In this document: positions 50,001 through 60,700 of the stretch, in pieces
Position numbering within the stretch: the stretch's first letter is position 1
Layout of the letters: every line of letters starts with the position of its first letter
From: Laetmonice hystrix
Taxonomy: Eukaryota
Direction of reading: 5' to 3'
Length of the DNA stretch: 64,000 bases
NCBI GenBank assembly: GCA_965235115.1
Contig: OZ249441.1
Coordinates: 10,974,001-11,038,000 of the forward strand
The notes under the pieces: model-generated
What the model saw: only the letters and a program-made list of their open reading frames with translations
Database searches by the model: none
Told to the model about the DNA's origin: nothing
Translations under genes and position numbers: made by a program

Positions 50001-52164
50001 CACCCGTCGGAGGGGTTATGTAAGTATCTGTCGTACCCACACGTCGTGACCCACTCTAAGGGTGTCTTCAAACACCGGATCAAAGCACCTATAATCATAC
50101 ATATGTCTACAATCAATCTTCTTGACATCTTACACCCTGTTCGATCCGCAACCACAGCAGTACATGTCGGCTGTTGACGAGATCAAGCTGATGGTTGCTG
50201 TCCATAAACGCCGATCGATGTATAACTCAAGATTGGATTCAGAATATGGAGACGTGTTCTTGAAAACTCTCTTTACATGCATTTGGGAACTGATGCTCTT
50301 TTTATTTTGTGCTTTTCTACTTCAGGTGATGTATTTCTGGACAACTATTTTAGGAACGGCTCCGAGGGCACATTTCGGTCGTGCTGTCGGAATCATGTCC
50401 CTGATCATATAGAAACCAAGCGTGACAACGCTGTGTTCTCCACCCTTGACCTTGTACAGAGCCGAGGATATAAATCTCCTGATCAGGATAGAGACCCTCA
50501 ACAAACAGGGTCCATGTTGTACACAACACAAACGTTATTAAAACAGGCTCCACCCTCTTCATCCATCAGTAACTTACGACCTTGCTGTCTCTGACTCGGT
50601 CCTGACCCGACGCTCTGACCAAGACACAAGGCATATACCGGCGCCCCCGGGCATATGGCACCACAGCCCACCTGGGTAGAACGCCGCGTTAGCCTTTAAC
50701 TTAGTTTTTCCATTTAGTAAGTCTGTGAATGACCTTTTTCAAACATGTCGAGCTAATAAGTATACACAACTCCACCCCCTATACAACTTCTAGTTGCCAC
50801 TGATAATTGAAGGTGGTACGAATGGTGCGCTGAAGGTGGTGCGCAGAGAACCTGTGGAAACCAGCGCGAGGCTCCCAGAAGCACCGACTTGGTTGCCCTC
50901 TAATATATTTGACAGAGAAAAGAATATAAGTAAATACGCTCTCTTTTTTAAGATTCAAATCTAGGTGTGAATAGTGAGACTGACTAGAGCTATCGATCCT
51001 ACCCGGTCGGTGATAGTTTAGCGGATGGTTCACATCACAATGACCTCCGTTTGACCAATGGATCTGACCCGGCCTAGCCGACCCTCCCTGGCGACCGGAT
51101 CTATTCACACAAGTGACGAATGGTCTCTAATTGTATTTCGTGTACAGGTATGGTGGACATGAATGGGCGTAAGGTCGTGGTCACCATGGCGATGACATGC
51201 AACATGTACACATTCCTCAAGTACTGACCATCAGTCAGTTGTAACTGGTAGACCGTGTCGTACTCACATACCCTCCTTCCACGACACTGGGCACAGAACG
51301 TGCAGAGGTTACGTGTGATGTGTACGTGTGTGTTATACACAGATAGTAAAACAAGGATGCTATGGATGTTTCTAAGAACTGTTCCCGGATGAAGACTAGT
51401 CTATTGTAGCGGTATCCTCAGTCGTTCCTGGCACTCCGGGTTCAGTTGTAGGGACAAACACAGATGGGTGATCAAACTAGATCACTCGATGTGTTTATCA
51501 AACACAGTTCTCTACCTTGATCCTTAGTCAATAATAAGGCAATACTAGTGTTTGACTTTATTTCCATTCCACAATATAATCTATACAACCCCACTTAGAA
51601 TACATAAATCAGTCTTAAATCATTTTGCTTCATGCAGTCCATCTGGAAAATAATCCTTTGGCATGCAAGAACTCTAAAAACCTACCGATGGCTAAGTGCA
51701 GAATGCCACAGTGACACGCAAAACTGACTATCGGGGTTTTCAGGTTAGGCTACCACTAATATAGCAATCTCATTAACTTCTAAAGGCTTCATGTCGAGAC
51801 AGTTTCAGTAATCTTAATCGTCTGGGCCATATCGCTAAGTGGGCATATCGCTATTCTGACTGGGCGATAACAGACATAAATGCAAGCTTCAAGGTCTCAT
51901 TAGGGGGTTAATAGTAGAGCACAAACGTGGAGGTGCCGTGACTACGTTTGGCGACTGTTCAGGTCTGTACAAGACGGTGACAGGAAACCATGGCCCATGG
52001 TGATTTATTACAACGTGGCCACCGAGAAAATACGAGTGTATACCCTAAATCACCCCGGCAAGTCTTGGAGAGAGGTTCGTTCAAAGGGACACATGCTACA
52101 TGTGTGCAAACAAACGGAGGGTCAGGGGCGAGGTATGTCTCTTTGGTACCTGGGGAATCCTTAA

Positions 52165-52632
52165 AGCAATTACCGAGTATCTCTTATTTCAATGACTTCA
52201 AAATGCAGACATGGGTTGTTAGGTTAGATAAGGCCTTAGACTACATAAATCAGTTAATGTTTACCCGCAGAAATGGAGAAATCTAATGAAATTTAACATT
52301 CCAGTTGCCTGTTGTCGGTATGAAGCGATCGGCTGATTGGTGCTTGTTGACAAAATCGTTGACCTGGCATTGACGTCAACACATTGGTTCATCGTCCGAT
52401 GAGTTTCATTGGCCGTTTAAGTCAATACCAGATAAATGATTTTGTCAACAACCAGCCATAAGACAATCGCTTCATCAGCAATAGGCAACGGGAATGTTGA
52501 ATTTCATGAGATTTCTCAATTTTTTTGGGTATTGATTTATGTAGTCTAATGCCTTATCTAACCAACGAGTATAGAATAACGCGCATGTCTGCATTTTGGA
52601 GTCATTGAACTAATAAATAATCGTGAATGGTT
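52165..52632. mobile_element. Long-armed palindromic MITE, TTAA TSD (Kolobok-like)
   Basis: TTAA at 52161-52164 and 52633-52636. The ~200-bp arms are reverse-complementary, e.g. GAGAAATCTAATGAAATTTAACATTCCAGTTGCC vs GGCAACGGGAATGTTGAATTTCATGAGATTTCTC. Confidence 0.8.
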
Positions 52633-53339
52633 TTAATGTTCTGTCTGGTGTTCAGATGGTATTTGAGGTTCTGTCAAGGGAGTTCAATAGGAATCATAAT
52701 AAACGGACAGCAACTCCCAGAACGCACCAGAATGTTGTTGCCATAATTATGTTGAATATTCTAAAACCGTCATATTAAGTGTATACCGTTCCTATAGATA
52801 AAAGGGTTTATTAATCAAGAAATGTGTATGCAGTTTCCTAAAGCATTTGCTTTGAACCCAGAAGCTTTGAACATAATTATATTGAACTTGTTTAGAACAA
52901 ACATATATGAAATTTACATACACATATTAACATGTATACTTTTTACATTAAAAAGGCGACAAAGTCTCAAACATACTCCGAGATATTTTGTTCTTCATTC
53001 TCGAATCTCAAAATAGAATCTCCTTTATCTTTATAAGAATCAGAACGCAAGGGGTTCACTACGCTCTTATTTGGGGGTTGCACTAAAATTCTGTATCGTG
53101 GGTGTCAAAGGTTATCAAAGCCGGGGGAGTGGGATAGCCATGCTTCGATCTAACTGTGTTACACGGGACACTGCGAGCAAACAGAAACAGGTCGGATGTG
53201 CAGCTTGTATGTGCCAATTCCAAATGATTTCTTTCGAGGTAAACAGTTCATCCCGACAGACATTAAAGCCAACACCACTGCCGCATTCTCTTTTCCTCCG
53301 TTAATTCAATTGAAACCTGTCGAAATGGTGATTGGGATT

Positions 53340-53404
53340 GGCGGCTCGAGGCACACAGGGATGGCGGCTCGGGGCACACAGGGATGGCGGCTCGGGGCAC
53401 ACAG
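53340..53404. repeat. Tandem repeat, 23-bp unit, about 2.8 copies
   Basis: GGCGGCTCGGGGCACACAGGGAT in tandem. Confidence 0.9.
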
Positions 53405-55300
53405 ACCAGGGCAGGTAGCTCGATTCATAGTTCATGGTATTTTTACGACGTCATAAATGCCCGCCATCGGTTCTGTGAAGCTCGGCCAGGCATAGATTTC
53501 ATTCTGATGGAATGAATTTTGAATCAGAAGAAAGGTTTCAGTTGTCTCGACGATTGGCACATTTTGTATGTTACTGTAAATGTGTAATGAGACCGAACTG
53601 CTTTGAAGTTGACATTCAGTCGCTTTGGGCATGCGCGTCCCTTACGGACAAATACCTGAGACGTTAAATGATTGCCACCATCGACAGGAGACAATGAGCT
53701 GATGAAGGCGAAAAACGTCAAATTAAATATCCATCACCGAGCTGGCTGAGGCATCATTAAGGCGGTGGTCACAGGTCAGGAAAGGATACAAATTTGTATG
53801 GATTAATGGCTTTGTGACCCCCCGCAGGTTAATTGATTTGGAGGATTGTGTGATTGGAGTGTGAGGTGTTAGAAGACGGTTTCCCGCAGCAGGTGGCTGT
53901 GATAGTCAGGATGACGATGCCTCAAACCGATAAGATTCCTCCGCGGCCTTTGAAGTCTGCTACCTGCATCAAAAATCCGTTTGGTCGGCTTCTCATGCTC
54001 GAGTGTGCCCCAGGCCACCCGCTAGGGGGCGTGTCTGTGGGGCATCGAGAAGAATCAAAACGAGGCTTGTATAAAGAAAAAGACCGGCGCTGACATTTGA
54101 TTCTCATTCATTTGGCTTATGCTACATTGTTGAAGAGATAATGGGATGGACTGTAGTGAGCGTGAGTTAGCTGGCGAACCCGTGGGGTGACATGCGGTGG
54201 TATATTGGATACACGATACAGGTAAAAACACTGTTCACAATACCCACTGAATGGTATTTGAAGAACGTAAAAAATAGGGATCAATAAAATGAAAGTTCAC
54301 ATTTCTAGAAACGTAATCATACATGTGCTTATCTAAATTAGGCCTATACGGCATGATCTGTCCTATATTATACGTAATTCTCCCCAGGACACCGAGTTTT
54401 TGAGGGAATATACATAGTCACTTGACAAAAAGGTGTTAAAATGGCGTTAAAAATGTTAAAAAACGAAACTAGTGGTCAATTTTCCCTTTCGTCATAACGT
54501 ATTATCGAAGACTTTAATATTCCCTGCTTCTTTTTACTCGAAGGCCTAAGGTAATTTAATAAGTGCGGCCGACCTTTCAACCAGACCTAGGCCTATATTT
54601 AGAACCACTAATGAAGCATGGTGATCCCTGACCAGTGATGATGTTGTGGTTTGGCGATAGCTTCAGTGATGGCTTCAGTGATAATGGTGAGGAGGAGGAG
54701 GGAAAGATTAATCAACAGGCCTACCAGAATGTACTAAGTCCAAAAGAGAAGAAAATGGGCAAGATAATGATAAAAACATCGACTGGGTATAGACCCATGT
54801 GTGTTATAACTGATGAATAATGCACAGGAATGCAATAATAAGCAGTCATTAAGGACGTCCCGTACACCCTGCTGTGACTGGAGTCACAAAGAGCCGTAAT
54901 GATCAGTGGGTAGACGTACCTCTGATTGGAGACCACTCGCCGACTGCCCTCACCCCCCGGTCAGTGGTAAGTGGTCGTTTGAACGGCCGGCCAGTTAATG
55001 AAAACCACCCCTGAATGAATGATAATAGATCTATGATAAAAATACCACAGACGTTGATTACCGGCTTCTTTCTTCAAGGAAGCAATATCAATACGTATAT
55101 TTGGATTGCTCTTTTCAACTGAGCACAATATTATTTTGTACTTCCTCTTATTTTGGAGATTGAATGGACTGATTAGTCCCTATACAGCACTTTTAGGCGC
55201 GTGCGCCTATAAGCGGATTTTTGCGTTTTTTGAGGAAATTTCAAAATCAAAAATCGTCAGATATAGGCCTAACCCCCCCCCCCCCCCAGTACACCCCCAA

Positions 55301-55480
55301 TATAGGCGCACCCCAATACTCATGTGTGGGCGCATATGCACACCCCTAAATTCATGATATAGAGTGCAATACTGCCATCGACAGTCCTCTGAGTGCATTC
55401 ATGTTCTCAGGCCTACGGTAACGCAACTTCACACTATAGGTAATCATTTATAGACTATAGGCTACGTGCGTGCGCCTATA
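55301..55480. mobile_element. Short element bounded by an 11-bp inverted repeat (TATAGGCGCAC / GTGCGCCTATA)
   Basis: Perfect 11-bp IR 180 bp apart. It could instead be a pair of NRF1-like sites. Confidence 0.4.
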
Positions 55481-55553
55481 TCTGAATAATAGATTTAACG
55501 CGGGAAATTAGAAACTGTCTCACAAAGGCTTACAGGCCCATGCATTGGCGCAC

Positions 55554-56039
55554 CATAGGCGCCAGAAGATATTCACACATATAGGCCTAGTGGGGAAGAC
55601 TAAACTCGAAGTCGTAAATTTTAAGAGTGTTCCAGGGCTGTAGCTTGACATTTCTTAGTGGGGAAGGGGGCACCCACCTCCACCGAAAGCGCGGAGCCTT
55701 GAGCGGGGGTTTGGGCCCTCCCCCAGAAAAAAATCGAAAATTACAGTGCCAAATACGCGTTTTCCTCGCATTTTGGAAAAGAATCCAAGGTTTTGTAACA
55801 GTCTTTATAGGCCTATAGATCTAGGCCTAATAAATTTTCTGGGGCTTCACGAGGGGGAGCTGCCCCCCATCCGCTATAGCTGGTTGGTACCCCCCCCCAC
55901 ACACACACACATCTCAGTTGGACCCCCCCCCCTTATCTCAGTTTTGCCTAGATCTATAGGCCTACCCCTGGCTTGGGGGGGGGGGGGGTAGACACTTTTT
56001 TAATGCTGCCACCTCCGGCCCCCGGTTCCGGCGCCTATG
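55554..56039. mobile_element. MITE-like element with CATAGGCGCC(A/G)GAA termini
   Basis: 14-bp IR with one mismatch and poly-C/G internal tracts. No TSD recognised. Confidence 0.55.
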
Positions 56040-56110
56040 TTATACGCCTATGTGAATAGGCCTAGGCCCTATTGGTTTTCACGATGGAAATTAGAAAGTG
56101 CCCCGGATAT

Positions 56111-56124
56111 AGGCGCATGCGCCT
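56111..56124. promoter_or_regulatory. NRF1/EWG-type palindrome AGGCGCATGCGCCT
   Basis: Exact GCGCATGCGC core about 530 bp upstream of the putative first exon. A related GCGCGTGCGC is at about 55197. Confidence 0.45.
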
Positions 56125-56651
56125 GTACGAGCGGCCTGTTGTGGGAATTTATATCTATGGCCTCCTTGGGGGCCTTAGACAGTTTGTAGGCCTAGGGCCT
56201 ATGCCTAGCCATGGATGCAAAATGATGAATGCCAATAGGCCCTATTGGCAGTCATAGGCCGCCTACCTAGGTTATAGATTCTATAGATATTAGATCTAGG
56301 ACGCTCCGTAAATGAGTCGGCATGCCTAATACTGGTAGGCCTACTGGTAGGCCTAATAGGCCCGCCATGTTGACTAATGACGCTGGTCAGTGCGCGAGTC
56401 TAAGAAAACATCTTCACGAGGGAACACATAGGCCTAGCCGATATCACGTCGGCTTAGATTATTCCTGTTCCCTTATAAAATTGTAGTTTGTTTTGTTTTT
56501 CTAACCATTCTTGCATGGCTATACCAATACATCTCTTAAAATAAAAAAAGTTTTTTGTGTTGACGGTCTGCTGGGGGAGTTCGAGTCTTGATTTTGATAT
56601 CGCGCGATTGGCTGAGTTGGACGCGCGTTCTGCCGACGTCATGGCGGGAAG

Positions 56652-56726
56652 ATGGCAAGCAGCGAGGACGAGGGTCGAAATGAGAGGATTTCCCGGTGTG
56701 TTCTTCGCAAATGCACAAACTCCGGT
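56652..56726 (+). CDS. Putative first coding exon of an unidentified gene (MASSEDEGRNERISRCVLRKCTNSG)
   Basis: CpG-rich context, ATTGG box at about 56607, AAGATGGC start context and a consensus donor GGT|GTAAGT at 56727. An alternative ATG at 56641 is in another frame (MAGRWQAART...). Confidence 0.55.
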
Positions 56727-57686
56727 GTAAGTATATGCTATTGACCAAATATTACTGTCATGTCTTGGCTCATTCGAGGGCTTAATCTCTCATTATTTAT
56801 AGCTAGAATAGCTTAAGTAGCTAGGCTAGGCACCCTGCGTGTTACTATATAGCGTAGGTAGCCTATTATTACTATAACTTAGTATAAGGCCTGGATCTAA
56901 TAGGGCTAGGGCTAAGGCTAGGCTTAGTAGGCATGGACTAGTCTCAGCTGTCCCCCCCCCCCACGTTCTTCTGCTGACCCCCCCCCCCCCACCGTTCTTT
57001 GCCCCCCAATATTTATAAAATGACCACGGGCTCAATGCAGAGCCGTCGGTGTAAATCATTGTGACGTCACTCCTGCCCCCCCCCCCCAATAGGCCCTATT
57101 TTCTTCCTTCTTACATCACTGGCACTGCTAGAATAGATGCAGCTCGTCCCTTAGCAGAAAAACTCGTAGCCTAGGGCAGGGCGGGGCAGGTTTTCTTATT
57201 ATTTAATTAGCCTAAGCCTTTCACTGACTGCATAAGTCAGCGAAGCACTTCAAAAAAATCTGGAGAATGAAAAGAATAATACCCCCCGAATATAGGCCTA
57301 GGCTAATATTATCTGTTCCCTGAGCTGTGTAACGTTAGGCCTACTGGGTGCGCCCAATCATCAGTGCTGATTTCGCGGGCCGAGTAGGGCTATGTTTGAT
57401 GCTCTGTCAGGCGCCGACCTGATGCCATGGTCTCCCGAAGATGAAAAAAAGCAAAGTTGGAACTTCTCCAAAGACCTCTCAGTGTACTAGACACAATCGG
57501 ATAATCACAGGTCAACTGATTTAACAGCTTCTTAGGGCCTACATGGACCAGGTATCTTTAAACTGGGAATATAACTAAAATGGTAATTCAGTACATTGTG
57601 TATTTAATTAATTTATAAAAATATAATGCAAACATTCGTAGTGGCCTATTAATATATAAAAAAGAAAAAAAACAAAAAACAAAAAT

Positions 57687-57759
57687 AGGCCCTGCTGGGA
57701 TTCGAACCCAGGATCTCCTGTTTACTAGACAGGCGCTTTGCCAACTAAGCCACAGAGCC
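57687..57759 (-). tRNA. tRNA-Thr(AGT): tRNA-Thr (anticodon AGT)
   Basis: Minus strand GGCTCTGTGGCTTAGTTGGCAAAGCGCCTGTCTAGTAAACAGGAGATCCTGGGTTCGAATCCCAGCAGGGCCT. It folds as a cloverleaf (acceptor GGCTCTG/CAGGGCC, anticodon stem CCTGT/ACAGG), has intact A and B boxes, and a T5 Pol III terminator 1 nt downstream. It is near-identical to vertebrate Thr-AGT. Confidence 0.97.
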
Positions 57760-60700
57760 ACCTGGTGACGAGTAGAAAATTTAATTTAGTTTACTCGAGG
57801 TTGCCAGATACATCGGTCATCGCCCCGACGTCGACTGCAGACATCAACTGTGAATCACACGTAATCCCTCTTCACTAATTCTGCATATGGGCGTACATAC
57901 TGCATACCGGAGACTTATAAGTGTATACAAGGTACGCGTACACAGATCCTATATAATATGTATGTATATATAAAAAATAATACGCACCAGTATACATACC
58001 AATACACCCACTCAACCGTGCATATGGGACCACATAATCGCATATGAATTTATGAAATGTAAAGTATTTTTTCAGGACCGGCTCCCCGAGTCCTGTTGGA
58101 TGACTGCATGATCATACACATAAAAAATATGACCGGCACTCATTGATGAATTGGTCATATTAATCTCAGTTTGCTCCACCTCATCCTAACGGGTTATTTT
58201 GAAGGGACGGTGTGGAAATGTTGGATTATTAATGTTAATTGAATGAACCGACTTGTGTTATGGAAACACCATTTTGGTAGTTTTTTAATGTAAGCTTTAG
58301 TTTACCCCGAAGTATTTCATGAGCTTGGTGAAGTGTATAATCATGTACAATTTCAAGATTTTTTTTCTACATCTTTATCTCGTTATCTCAAGAAGAAGTA
58401 GAGCAAACCTAATCTGCCAAACCTGAAAACATGCCAAGAAATATATATACACGAGATAGGTACACCAAAGGTCGTGGAGGTTAACTGTTCATCCGACAGC
58501 CGACAGCAAGGTCGGAAGTTTGGATGAGGCTGTTCTGGCGTGAGGTCAACCAGGGCACAATTTACTAATAATTAGCTGGAATGATTTATCTCACCGCATA
58601 CGATAGAGATATCAATCAACCCAGCCTGCCTTGGTAGGATTTATGAGGCAGTACCCGTGGCATGCTCATGTCCTAGGCCTATGTATGTGGCAGTCAACTT
58701 GGACAATCCAGGTTTGACATACGTTTATTTTGAGAAGTCGTTCACTGAATTGAGTTAGCCATGATCCCAAGTTATTCCCCAGGAGACCTATAGGTTCCCT
58801 TTTCCGTATGCTTTTCAGTTACAGTATGGATGCTCAACATGACAGCCCCCCCCGCTAAATACTCTAAGTAGGCATACGAAAATAACTATAGGTAACACTC
58901 TGCTCCAACTTGAACCTAAAGAAAAGTGCATCAAAATTAAAGTAGTTGTTATATAATGTAATATAACTAAAATTATAATAAGGGACTCCTTTAATTGAGT
59001 TTCTGCATGGATATCATGTAACAATCCCTGTATACACAGAAATTACGTTTCGGTTCGGTATTTACGGAAATTATAGGCCAATGTGACTACATTGTATTAT
59101 AGTCTATGGTGAAACATTGATTAGCAGTTCAATGACAACCACTGGGACTGGCATGGTCCCAGCGACCGCCAGGTTATCAGGGAAGGAGGACTTCAGACAG
59201 ATGTGGGGTTGTAACCACACAGTTGACACGGAGTACCACGTGGTTATGTCGATCGGAAGTATGTACCGGGTAGACAGCGGAAGTAGAAAGGTCGTATTTA
59301 CAGGAGGACACGCGTGTACGGAAGTGTTGTGGCCGATCACACCTCTTCACTTCCAGGTCAAGGCCATCCCACCACAAAATCGACAAGTCTTGAGTGATAG
59401 CGGACCGTAAAGTCACTGCATCGCCTTGTCTGCTAATTCTGCGTGTCACCTGTTAATTGGCCCACTATATATAGGGATGGTAAGTCTCTGCAGTGGGGCA
59501 GCAACTTTAATAGTTCATTTAGGTATCATGTTGTGTCGGTTATTTAATTAATATTGTGTCGAAAGGATTGGTAATGACAGATGTTATACCCCTAGAACCT
59601 AGTTTTGATTTTTAGCATAGTGATGTGAATTCTATGTGTGCAGACCATAGTTTCCAATGGTAACCTTGGTCGCCGCTACATTTCTGCCTGTCCCTCCACT
59701 AGCCTATCGCTGTCTCTATAGGTCTCTCAGAGACAGCCCTACACATGTATAGACAGTGACTGGGGATCAGAGACGGATCACACAGCCGAGCTAGGCCTAC
59801 ACCACCGCCCACACCTAGGCCTAGGAACAAGTGCCCCTCTCAACATCAGTTGTCGCTACATGTTGGCTCAGGGCGCTGTAACTGTACACTTCATACAAGA
59901 CAGGAATTGACAGAAACAGCGCCGTAATCAGAGGAGTCTTTGAAAGATAATGTCACAGCGAATCGTTACTGTATAATAGAAAAGACGTCAGCCTTTCCAT
60001 CCCGAGATTGCGGGGGCAGAAAAGGGATTGACTAGCGTCTTGGTAATTGGCAGAAAATGGTATATTCAATATGTCTGAAGAATATGCCCTGACCGTGGAC
60101 CCAAGAACGGCTCTCTTGGATGCACAATTATAGGGTTTTGAAATACGGTATTATTAAGATGCTAGTTATTTTGGAAGAAAGTAACTCATCGCTCCTATTT
60201 GACACATCATGAAAAGTGTTTTACTTTTGGACGGGTATCCCTGATCGAGGTCTACCGCAAGATTTTTATCTCCCGTCGATCGGGTTGAAATGAGGTCATA
60301 TTAACCTTGCGTGACACCGTCACAGGGCATGCCGGGATACGACCTCTTTACTTATACCATATGTATCACTACACGGATTTGATGAAAGTATAGACTGAGG
60401 GTCGGTTATGTTAATTTTCCCTGGAAGGTCCGTCTTTCCTGCAGCGATCCTAACAGTAGAAATGGTGTTCTTATACTGACTGGGTTTCTACCTCTCGGCC
60501 AACGTGGAGGCGCGCATCTAAAGTTTCGCTTTACCCTTGCTCGGACTGTGACCTTGGACTGGGCACACATCAATGACCTTGGGTCATCTGCCATGTGGCC
60601 CACCAAAACAAACGGAACGTGCACCGTTCACAAAACCCCGGATATTTAACCCGGTTTAACATCCAGGCAAGAGCCGAGTATATCGGTCCCAGGGCCCTCC

